The translations under genes and the position numbers were made by a program. Under the pieces are notes generated by a model that made no database searches, had not been told where the DNA came from, and worked only from the letters and a program-made list of their open reading frames with translations. Shown here piece after piece: positions 37,844 to 46,377 of a stretch of DNA of 64,000 nt. Each line of letters starts with the position of its first letter. Position 1 is the first letter of the stretch. The stretch is taken from positions 1,824,001 through 1,888,000 of the forward strand of contig OZ255721.1 in assembly GCA_965277285.1 (NCBI GenBank), read 5' to 3'. This DNA is from Abditibacteriaceae bacterium. GTDB taxonomy: Bacteria > Armatimonadota > Abditibacteriia > Abditibacteriales > Abditibacteriaceae.

Positions 37844-38882
37844 ATCGGTTTTCGCCGGTTGCATTTTGGGAACAGCGTTGGGCGATGCCGTCGGTTTGCC
37901 TTGCGAAGGTTTGAGCCGCGCGCGTCAACGAAAACTATTTCGCGGCGGGCTTCCCACACTATTTTTCGGTCGTCGTATGATTTCCGACGACACCGAACAC
38001 ACGATTTTAGTCGCCCAAGCTTTGATCGAAAGTCACGGCGATGTCAAAAAGTTTGAACGCGCTTTCGCCAAAGGTTTGCGGCGCTGGTTTTTGCTGTTGC
38101 CTCCGGGCGTTGGATTGGCAACCGTCAAAGCGTGTTTGAAGTTGTGCGTCGGCATTTCTCCCGCGAAAAGTGGCGTCGCTTCGGCGGGAAATGGAGCCGC
38201 CATGCGCGCCGCAATTTTGGGCGTCTGGTGCGAAGACATCGGACAATTGCGCGAGTTTGTTCAAATTTCCAGTCGCATTACGCACACCGATTCGCGCGCG
38301 ATTGATGGCGCTTTCGCCGTTGCTCTGGCGGCATTTCTGGCGAAATCTCAGACGCGGATTGACGCTTTCGAGTACTCGAAACACTTGTCGAGACACATAG
38401 AACCACGAAACGAAATGATTGATTTGGTTGATCGTGTCGCGCAAAGCGTGAACGATGGCGAAACGACGCTTGACTTTGCCACCAAATTGTGCGGCGAACG
38501 CGGCGTTTCCGGCTATGTTTTGCAAACGGTTCCGGTCGCGCTTCACGCGTGGCTATCGCATCAGAACGATTTTCGCGGTGCTGTCACTTCGGCTGTCGCG
38601 TGCGGCGGCGATACGGATTCGGTTGCGGCAATTGTCGGCGGAATTTTGGGCGCGCAAAACGGGCGCGAAGCGTTGCCACAAGATTGGCTCGATTCTCTGT
38701 CGGAATGGCCGCGCGATGTGCGTTGGATGGAGAATCTGGCGCAGGTTTTGGCGCGCAACGACGTTCCGACCAAAGACGTTCGAGCGCCACGTGATTTCGC
38801 GTTGTGGTTGTGGTTGCGCAATCTGTTTTTGCTGATAGTTGTTCTGCTGCACGGCTTTCGTCGCCTTTTTCCGCCATACTGA
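37830..38882 (+). CDS. ADP-ribosylglycohydrolase family protein
   Basis: GTALGDAVGLP.E, SDDTE, SAGNGAAMR, GGDTDS. Confidence 0.92.
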   Translation: MTPRESVFAGCILGTALGDAVGLPCEGLSRARQRKLFRGGLPTLFFGRRMISDDTEHTILVAQALIESHGDVKKFERAFAKGLRRWFLLLPPGVGLATVKACLKLCVGISPAKSGVASAGNGAAMRAAILGVWCEDIGQLREFVQISSRITHTDSRAIDGAFAVALAAFLAKSQTRIDAFEYSKHLSRHIEPRNEMIDLVDRVAQSVNDGETTLDFATKLCGERGVSGYVLQTVPVALHAWLSHQNDFRGAVTSAVACGGDTDSVAAIVGGILGAQNGREALPQDWLDSLSEWPRDVRWMENLAQVLARNDVPTKDVRAPRDFALWLWLRNLFLLIVVLLHGFRRLFPPY

Positions 38883-38912
38883 ACGCATCTTTCCTCTAAT
38901 TCGAGTACTCGA

Positions 38913-39875
38913 TTGATTCCTGAAATCAAGCTGCCACACAAAGCAAAAACGTCGTGGTTGTGGTTGGAAATTGCGGTTGCCTTGATCTTATGGGCGTCCG
39001 CTTTTCCGGCGATTCGCGTCGCTTTGCGCGAATATTCGCCGACGCATCTGGCTCTTGGTCGCTATCTTGTGGCGTCCGCGACGTTGCTGGTTCTGGCGCT
39101 TTTTCAACGCGCTTCCCTGCCCGCGCGCCGCGATTGGATGCGCATTGGCGCGGCGGGGTTTTTCGGTTTCACGTTGTATAACATCGCGCTCAATACGGGC
39201 GAAGTTCATGTTCCGGCCGGAACCGCGAGTTTTTTGGTCAACACGGCGCCGGTCTGGGCGTTGCTCATTCTGACTATTGGCGGGCACGAGCGCGTTTCCA
39301 GTCGCGGATGGTTCGGCGTTGGCGTCAGTTTGTTGGGCGTCGGCATCATCGCGTTGTCGCATGGCAACGAGTGGAGCCGTGCCGCGTTGCGCGCCGATCC
39401 GCAGTTTCTGCGTGGCGCACTTTGCATTTTACTGGCGGCGTTCGGCACGGGGTTTTATGTTTTGTTGCAGAAAAATCTGCTGTCGCGCTACGCGGCTTTG
39501 CCGCTCACGACATGGATGATCTGGGCCGGAACGTTGTGGATGCTGCCGTTTTCCGGTGGCCTGGTCGCGCAAGTGCGTCACGCCTCATTTGCGGCGACTT
39601 TCGCCATGATTTACATGGGCGTTTTCCCGGGCGCGATGGCGTATGCGTTGTGGGCGCGCGTGCTGACGCAAATGCCGGTTTCGCGCGCCGTCAGCTTCAT
39701 CTATCTGGTTCCCATCGGCGCGACCGCCATTGCGTGGCTGTGGCTGGGCGAACGACTTTCTCTATTGGCATTTCTCGGCGGCTTGCTCGCTTTGAGCGGC
39801 GTGATTTTAGTCAATACGGCGCGCAAGGCAAAGTTGTCAAACGGCAATCGAGTACTCGAAAAGCGCGAGAACTGA
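38913..39875 (+). CDS. DMT/EamA family transporter
   Basis: LWASAFPAIR, about 10 TM, two EamA repeats, LGERLS. Confidence 0.9.
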   Translation: MIPEIKLPHKAKTSWLWLEIAVALILWASAFPAIRVALREYSPTHLALGRYLVASATLLVLALFQRASLPARRDWMRIGAAGFFGFTLYNIALNTGEVHVPAGTASFLVNTAPVWALLILTIGGHERVSSRGWFGVGVSLLGVGIIALSHGNEWSRAALRADPQFLRGALCILLAAFGTGFYVLLQKNLLSRYAALPLTTWMIWAGTLWMLPFSGGLVAQVRHASFAATFAMIYMGVFPGAMAYALWARVLTQMPVSRAVSFIYLVPIGATAIAWLWLGERLSLLAFLGGLLALSGVILVNTARKAKLSNGNRVLEKREN

Positions 39876-39908
39876 ATCTTAGTTCGCGCGCTTTTCTGTT
39901 CTTGAAAC

Positions 39909-41465
39909 TTAATTTACAAACGAACTGCCGCCGAGAGCGCCTTGTCCGGTGGCCGCGATGACCGGGCCGGAAATTGGGGCATTGCCGTTGTCGGTGTAAT
40001 ACGGCGTTTCAATCGAATTGAGTGTTTTCTTGTCGCGGTAGCGCGCGAATTTATACGCTTCGAGCAGCGAAACCTGACCATCACCGTTTAAGTCAGCGTG
40101 GAGCGTGGCCGCTTGCGATTCTCCTATGACATCAGGATCTACAGCCGCGCCGTCGGGCGTTTGGCCAGTCAGCGCCGAAAAATACCAGTAGGTGAACTCG
40201 CCGTATTGACCGTTGCCGTACGCCCACGAAACTTCGTTTGGCCCAGCCGACGCCATCACGACGCGCTTGGGCGCCGCCAGAGCATACGCGAAACCGCCGC
40301 AAAAGCATTGCTTCATTTGAATCTTCATTTCGTGATACCGCGAAATCGCGCTCAAAGCATTGGAAAAATCGACATCTGTCATCGAATCGCCCCACAGCAA
40401 AACCGTGTTGTGAAAATGCACGACATCGTTTGTGGTGCCGTTGCCGTTGAGGTCGAGGCCGTAGTCCGCTTCGGAAATCGCTTTGCCATCGCTGTTGCTT
40501 GGATCGAGTACTCCACCGTAATTTCCGGGCGGGTCGCCGCCATCTTCGTGATCGAGAAAACCACCGCCGTGATCGTTCAACATCAGATACAGGTCGTCCA
40601 AGTTGTTCATCTTGGCGCCCAGATTATTAAAAACCGTGCGCACGTTGTCCGCTGTCGCTGAATAATCGACTGGCATCGAATTGTCTTTGGCGTTGCCGTC
40701 GGCGTATAGCACGGTGATATGCGATGCTGCGTAGCCGCGAGCGCGCAAAATCTGATACATCGTCGAGAGGTCGTTCCAATAGCGAATGTGATTATTCGCT
40801 TCATCATAACCGCCTGCCATCAAAACCGCGTATTTGCGCGGCAGCAACTTGAAGTTGCTGGGAATGCGAAACCGCGACGGCATCAAGCTCATGATTTTCA
40901 GCGCCGGTTTGATGACTCGAACGCTGGCTGACGGCGCACCTTCGATGCGCAAAACCGACGGTTCGTTGCGCAAATTGAGACCGGCAGCCGCTGGAGTTAC
41001 CAGGCGACCAATAATCGAAACGTGGTCGCCACTTCGCAGCATCGGAACGCGACGCGCCAGCGGAATGTAGCTCTCGACTGGCATAATCATGTCCATTTGC
41101 GTGCGCCGAATGTTGTCCACAATCATCGGAATCGAGCCATCGTAATAATAGCCGCGTACCGTCACGATTTTTGAAAGCTGCGTTACGCCCTGCAAACCAC
41201 GCAAGCGCAAAATGCTGCTCGAAGACACACGTAGCGGCGCATTGATGACGTAATTCGGGCGTGAGGCTGCCATTGTCACCGTTGTAGTTGCGGTTGTCGC
41301 CGGATTGACGACCAGCGGTCTTCTGCGAATCGGCGCGGCCTGCGCGTTTTGTAGCGCAGTCAACGCAAAAAAACCGCAACTGGCAAAAGCCAGCGCGGCG
41401 ATCTTCAACGACCTTTTTTTCGACGCTCGAACGACCTTCGGGCAAACTCCTAATCGATGTTCCAT
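39909..41465 (-). CDS. C13 (legumain/caspase-fold) peptidase, secreted
   Basis: YAVLMAGG..NH.RYWND, NDHGGG (His), MKQCFCGGF (Cys), ADLNGDGQVSLLEA. Confidence 0.8.
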   Translation of the reverse strand: MEHRLGVCPKVVRASKKRSLKIAALAFASCGFFALTALQNAQAAPIRRRPLVVNPATTATTTVTMAASRPNYVINAPLRVSSSSILRLRGLQGVTQLSKIVTVRGYYYDGSIPMIVDNIRRTQMDMIMPVESYIPLARRVPMLRSGDHVSIIGRLVTPAAAGLNLRNEPSVLRIEGAPSASVRVIKPALKIMSLMPSRFRIPSNFKLLPRKYAVLMAGGYDEANNHIRYWNDLSTMYQILRARGYAASHITVLYADGNAKDNSMPVDYSATADNVRTVFNNLGAKMNNLDDLYLMLNDHGGGFLDHEDGGDPPGNYGGVLDPSNSDGKAISEADYGLDLNGNGTTNDVVHFHNTVLLWGDSMTDVDFSNALSAISRYHEMKIQMKQCFCGGFAYALAAPKRVVMASAGPNEVSWAYGNGQYGEFTYWYFSALTGQTPDGAAVDPDVIGESQAATLHADLNGDGQVSLLEAYKFARYRDKKTLNSIETPYYTDNGNAPISGPVIAATGQGALGGSSFVN

Positions 41466-41622
41466 AACGTCCTCCGTGCGGCAATTTTCACGGCTCGACA
41501 CCTAATTAACGACCAAAAGGGGAAATGTCACGCAAAACTTCCATACAAATAATACATTTATACTCCCATTAAATTGAATCGCACAAGACATGATGGAATA
41601 CAGACGCCCGCAACACAAGATC

Positions 41623-44028
41623 TTATTGAACCAACCAGTTCATCGGCTGGATAACTTTTCCATCGGGCGTCGTAAAGGGCTTGTTGCTGAAGTTGACCGT
41701 GATTCGAGTACTCGATTTCCAGATCGTGCGCTGAACCGCATGGTCGCTGGTCAAAAACTCGTGCGATAGCAGTTCATCGTTGCCCAGGCGCCGCACCAGA
41801 GGACAAATATCGCGGTAGCTTTGCACGAAACGCGCTTTGTCGCGCGCCCACGTCGCGCGGTCGAACATGAACATTGGCGGCGTGCCGTAAAGGATGTTGA
41901 ACAGATTGCGGCGATTCCACACCGACGCGACTTTGTTGTTGTAATCGCCCCAATACCAATCGGACACGATGCAGTCGTGATACACCAATTCCCACAAAGG
42001 CACGCGATAAAAAGAGCCGACTTGAAACTTCAGCAAATCGGGCGTCGCTTCTTCCGGGCGCAGCATTTCGCGTCCGGCGTCCGGCAGGCGATACGGCGCC
42101 AGGCTCATCATGCCTTCGTAATAATCGACGAAGGGCACTGAAGGATCGATGCCGGTTTCGGTTCCCACGACCTGCTTCAAATCGTGCGAAAAATAGTTCA
42201 GCAGCGCCATTTTGTTTTGACGATCTCCCGAGCGCGTCAAAGGATGCGCCGGATCGTAACATTCGCGCCACGGAGAAGCCGTCGTGGTGTCGATGAAGCG
42301 GCACAAATAAGGATGCGTTGCGAGTTCGGCGGGCACGCGCTCTTTGGCGTATTTCAATTGCTGCGAAGAACAAATGACGCCGCCCTGATGCTCGACTTTG
42401 CTGCCGTCGGCTTTGGTTTCGATGTCCATCCAGCCCTTCATCCAATCGCCGTTGGGAAGGCGCACCAAATCCTGCGGCCAGCCTTCGCGGTTCAAATACG
42501 ACGGCGCGTCCGGCGGATAAACGTCCTGATAAATATCGTAGCGGCTGGACAAAAACCCCAACGCGTTGATCTGCTTCAATTCGTCGGCGTTGGCGCCGGA
42601 CGACCACAAAACGCGATCCATGCCCAGCGACTTCATTTCGCGGCACAGCGCGACTTTGTCCATGTCCCAGTTCCACACGTTGACGGCGCCAATCAAGCGA
42701 TCCACGTTCGGGTTTTCGCGCGTCTTCTGCGTCAGCGTTTTGAACAAACCGACGCTTTTCGAGTACTCGCGGTAGCGTTTCGCCTGCGCGACGTAACCGC
42801 CCTGCGCGAAAAACACATACGTCAGGCGCCGCTCGTAATTCCACTTTTGGCGCGAGGCGTCCCATTGCGGGCGAATCAGCAGCGGCGATTTCTCGTCAAC
42901 GCCATTGCGCGCGATGTCGATGCGCGCGTCATCTGGCGTGTTCAAAATCGCCATCGTTCCCGCGCCGCTTCGGTTATCAACGACGCCAAACCATGGCATC
43001 GACAAACCATGACCGCTATACGCAACCAACGACATCGGGTCAATGCTCGCGTCATCGACTGGATACAAAATGCCTTCGTTCAACGGCACCACGAGCGAAG
43101 TTCCCGCGCCGCTCGTAAAAGGCTGCGGCCAAGCTGTGGAAACATCCATCGCGTGAGCGTTTTCGCCCGTTATGGCCACCGCCAGTTCCGGCTTGTCGGC
43201 GCTTAAACGAAGCGTCGCGCGCAGATTCAAATCGTTCGCTACGTCCCACAAATCGAGAAGCGCAACTGGCGCTTTGCCACCAGCCGTCGTCGTCAACTTC
43301 GCGCCGCGCAAAATTATATCGGCGCCAAAAGGTTGCTGTTTCCAGGTACGACCGTTGCGGCGGTCAACGACTGAAAACGCGCCACCGTTTTGTGGTTGAG
43401 GGTTCAGGCGTACTTCCAAAAGCGCGTTGCTCAAAGTCAACGGCTGCGCGCTCACCGCTCCAAAACTGTTGACATTGCCCAGTGCGACGAGTTCGGCGTC
43501 GTCCATCCAGACAGTTCCCGCGCCGCTTCCAGTCAGGCGAAACTGCACCGAAGCGCAACCTGCGGGAACGACGAAACGACGCCCAAAATGCTGCCAATCG
43601 TGCGTGCCGCTGGTTTCAATTTGCCCTTGCATCCAGTTGAGAACGTCGCCATTGGGGCGCCGCGCCACAACTGAAATCGCGGCTTCTTCAACGTGATCGC
43701 AACGCAACCAGGCGCCGATTTGCAAAATATCGCCCGCCTGAACCGACAGCGTTTTTGTTTGTCCAACGCTCCAATCTTGCACACCGCGATGTGTCACGCG
43801 CAACGAACTTTGCCCGCCGTGTTTGGATTGATTGTCGAGCGCCATTTCGCCGCTGCTCGGCACGCGCGCCCAAAACGTTCCCCAACTTTGCGACAAATCT
43901 CCGTTGTCTTCAAAACCCGCGTTCTGCAACAAGTTGACAGCCGAAGTTCGAGTACTCGATAGTGGCGCAGCGGCTCCCAACGACAATGTTATCAGGCAAC
44001 ACAACGCGACGAGAAGAAGGTGTTTCAT
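41623..44028 (-). CDS. Secreted glycoside hydrolase with N-terminal CBM4/9-like module (GH129/GH101-like catalytic domain)
   Basis: Signal peptide; NLLQNAGFE..GTVWMDD CBM; LSMPWFG, FIDTTTA, GTETG, VPLWELVYHDC. Confidence 0.75.
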   Translation of the reverse strand: MKHLLLVALCCLITLSLGAAAPLSSTRTSAVNLLQNAGFEDNGDLSQSWGTFWARVPSSGEMALDNQSKHGGQSSLRVTHRGVQDWSVGQTKTLSVQAGDILQIGAWLRCDHVEEAAISVVARRPNGDVLNWMQGQIETSGTHDWQHFGRRFVVPAGCASVQFRLTGSGAGTVWMDDAELVALGNVNSFGAVSAQPLTLSNALLEVRLNPQPQNGGAFSVVDRRNGRTWKQQPFGADIILRGAKLTTTAGGKAPVALLDLWDVANDLNLRATLRLSADKPELAVAITGENAHAMDVSTAWPQPFTSGAGTSLVVPLNEGILYPVDDASIDPMSLVAYSGHGLSMPWFGVVDNRSGAGTMAILNTPDDARIDIARNGVDEKSPLLIRPQWDASRQKWNYERRLTYVFFAQGGYVAQAKRYREYSKSVGLFKTLTQKTRENPNVDRLIGAVNVWNWDMDKVALCREMKSLGMDRVLWSSGANADELKQINALGFLSSRYDIYQDVYPPDAPSYLNREGWPQDLVRLPNGDWMKGWMDIETKADGSKVEHQGGVICSSQQLKYAKERVPAELATHPYLCRFIDTTTASPWRECYDPAHPLTRSGDRQNKMALLNYFSHDLKQVVGTETGIDPSVPFVDYYEGMMSLAPYRLPDAGREMLRPEEATPDLLKFQVGSFYRVPLWELVYHDCIVSDWYWGDYNNKVASVWNRRNLFNILYGTPPMFMFDRATWARDKARFVQSYRDICPLVRRLGNDELLSHEFLTSDHAVQRTIWKSSTRITVNFSNKPFTTPDGKVIQPMNWLVQ

Positions 44029-44067
44029 GGGAAACTCACGAAGCAAAAATCGACTTATAATTAGCTT

Positions 44068-44487
44068 ATGGTGACTCATTCATGGGATACGTTCGGGTTG
44101 TTCGGGGATTTACTCAATGACTTCGAGGCTCTTCTCGCTAAGGCGCGGCATCTTCGCACAAGCGAAGCCGAGTCGCTGGCGACCAAAGCGGCTGTCGTTG
44201 GTTTCGGTCAATTCAGCCCTTTATCAGAGTGGACGGGGCAACATTTTGAGTTCATCAACCACCGAATACAAGGCGAACTTTCGCCCGAAGAACTGAGTTG
44301 GTACGAAGAATGCGCAGAATCAATTTCCGTGTTCTCGTGCTTATCTCTCGGCGCCCTGCTGGGCAAACTTCAAGCAGGCAAAATTGATGACCTTGGATTT
44401 CTTCACGGCGACGCTCATTTACCTGGCTTTATATCGTTGAACGACGAAGCGATCTGCCAGGGATTCATGTCACAACTCAACGAATAA
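44068..44487 (+). CDS. Hypothetical protein
   Basis: 139 aa ORF filling the gap between the GH and ABC genes. Confidence 0.6.
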   Translation: MVTHSWDTFGLFGDLLNDFEALLAKARHLRTSEAESLATKAAVVGFGQFSPLSEWTGQHFEFINHRIQGELSPEELSWYEECAESISVFSCLSLGALLGKLQAGKIDDLGFLHGDAHLPGFISLNDEAICQGFMSQLNE

Positions 44488-44492
44488 ATCGC

Positions 44493-45557
44493 TTACTGAA
44501 CCGCGCCCGCCGTCACTTTCATAAAGACATCTTCCAGGTCGGCGGCGCGTTGCGCGAAACTGGCGACTGGAATGCCGTTGGAAACCAGAAACGCCAAAAG
44601 TTGCGGCAAATGATCGTGGCTTCCGGTGAACTCGATTTCGACGTGATTGCCTTCACCGCGCGCCTCGCGCACTTCGGGATAACCTTGCAGCAGTTGCAAA
44701 ACACGTCCTGCGCTGCCATTTGCCGTCGCGCCGATGACTGCCGCGTTGCTATTTGTAATGCCATCGGCAAGCGTGTTATTTGCGGTCGATGCTTCCGCGT
44801 TTCCAGTACTCGATTCGCCGTTTGCCGCAACCGCGCCGTTCGCGTTTTCGCCCAGGCGAACGTCAAGAACAATGGCGCCTTCGAGTTTTTGCACGATGTC
44901 GTTGACGCGACCCGAAACGATGAGATGGCCGCGCTCCATGATGCCGACGACATTACAAAAATCGGCCAGTTCGGGCAAAATGTGCGAACTCACGAAAATC
45001 GTTTTACCCATGCTTTGCAATTCTTTCAAGAGAGCGCGAAACTCGATGCGCGCGCGCGGATCAAGGCCGCTCGCCGGTTCATCCAACAACAAAACTTTCG
45101 GGTCGTGAACCAGAGTTTTCGCCAAACACAAGCGCTGCTTCATGCCGCGACTCAAAGACTCGACATACGCTTCGCGCTTGCTTGTCAAATCAGTCAATTC
45201 CAAAACATCGTCGATAATTCCCTTGCGCTTATTAACCGGAATCTTATACGCGGCGGCGAAGAAATCGAGATATTCCCACACTTTCACGTCATCGTACACG
45301 CCGAAAAAGTCCGGCATATAACCGATCAGGCGGCGCACTTCGAGCGGGTTGCGCACGACATCGACGCCATCGACATAAGCCGCGCCGGTTGTCGGTTCCA
45401 AAAGCGTCGCCAAAACCTTGATGGTTGTCGTCTTGCCAGCACCGTTGGGGCCGATAAAGCCGAACACATCGCCTTTTTCAATGGACAGGTTGAGGCCGCG
45501 CACAGCCGTCAAGTCGCGGTAAGTCTTGGTCAAATCCTTAATCTGAATCATCGCCAT
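44493..45557 (-). CDS. ABC transporter ATP-binding protein (ABC-2 type)
   Basis: GPNGAGKTT, LSRGMKQR, LLDEPASGLD, SSHIL. Confidence 0.93.
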   Translation of the reverse strand: MAMIQIKDLTKTYRDLTAVRGLNLSIEKGDVFGFIGPNGAGKTTTIKVLATLLEPTTGAAYVDGVDVVRNPLEVRRLIGYMPDFFGVYDDVKVWEYLDFFAAAYKIPVNKRKGIIDDVLELTDLTSKREAYVESLSRGMKQRLCLAKTLVHDPKVLLLDEPASGLDPRARIEFRALLKELQSMGKTIFVSSHILPELADFCNVVGIMERGHLIVSGRVNDIVQKLEGAIVLDVRLGENANGAVAANGESSTGNAEASTANNTLADGITNSNAAVIGATANGSAGRVLQLLQGYPEVREARGEGNHVEIEFTGSHDHLPQLLAFLVSNGIPVASFAQRAADLEDVFMKVTAGAVQ

Positions 45558-45661
45558 CGGGCGCGCCTCGCTCGTGAGAAGAAGTGAAAATCAACTCGCA
45601 TTATAACAATTTGCCGCGTCCGCCTTGACGCAAAATTTTCTCCGTTTTCACTGGAACCGCC

Positions 45662-45724
45662 TTGCACACCTCGCGTCCGCCTATTAGAATAGTTTCTATA
45701 AGAACTGTTCTCCAAAGAACTGTT
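45662..45724 (+). promoter_or_regulatory. Sigma70-like promoter with overlapping putative MarR operator
   Basis: TTGCAC (45662)-17 bp-TAGAAT (45685); imperfect palindrome ATAGTT-N8-AACTGT (45689-45708); repeated aagaactgtt. Confidence 0.6.
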
Positions 45725-45756
45725 ATTAACAATCGAGTACTCGAAACTTCTCTCTC

Positions 45757-46377
45757 ATGCCGAAACTACGCTCTAAACCTTCGCTGCTCAAACCTTCGCT
45801 GCGCGTCAAGAATGCTCTGGAAGTTGGTCAGGGCAAGTTATCGGTGCATACACACATGAAACGCATGGCGCCGGTTTCGGCGCAGAGCGAAGAGATCACG
45901 ACGCAGTCCGCGTTATTGTGCCATATCATGCTTTTGAACAGCGTTTTGGAACGCAGCGTGAACCGTTTTTCGGGTTTGCACGGCCTGACTTTTCCGCAAT
46001 GGATGGCGCTGGGTTTCATCGGTCATTGCGGTCAAGAAGGCATTCGCCATACGGAACTTGGCAATCGCTTGATGTTGTCGAAAGCTCCGGTGACAGGCGT
46101 TGTCGACCGTTTGGAGCGCGATGGTTTCGTGCAGCGCATCGCGGAAGAAAAAGATCGTCGCGCCGCGCGTATCGTAATGACGCCCAAAGGCGAAGCCGTC
46201 TGGTGGGATGTTAAAACGAATTTGCGCGAAAATTCGCGTTCGTTGTGTCAGGCGCTCAGCGGCGAAGAGCAAGATGTTTTACTTTCCATGCTGACGAAAC
46301 TGTTGAACGCCGCCGCCGCCGCCGACCCGATTTTGAATCACCACGAGTTGAATCACCAAGAGGAAAAAGCTCAATGA
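45757..46377 (+). CDS. MarR-family transcriptional regulator
   Basis: GLTFPQW..L, VTGVVDRLERDGFV.R, DRRA..I..TPKG; start may lie downstream (~45855). Confidence 0.9.
   Translation: MPKLRSKPSLLKPSLRVKNALEVGQGKLSVHTHMKRMAPVSAQSEEITTQSALLCHIMLLNSVLERSVNRFSGLHGLTFPQWMALGFIGHCGQEGIRHTELGNRLMLSKAPVTGVVDRLERDGFVQRIAEEKDRRAARIVMTPKGEAVWWDVKTNLRENSRSLCQALSGEEQDVLLSMLTKLLNAAAAADPILNHHELNHQEEKAQ

Noticed and set aside
41774..43206. Long alternative-frame ORFs (363 aa minus, 340 aa plus)
   Set aside because: They overlap the glycoside hydrolase and have the Arg-rich composition typical of off-frame ORFs in GC-rich DNA.
44550..45587. 345-aa plus-strand ORF
   Set aside because: Antisense to the ABC ATPase.
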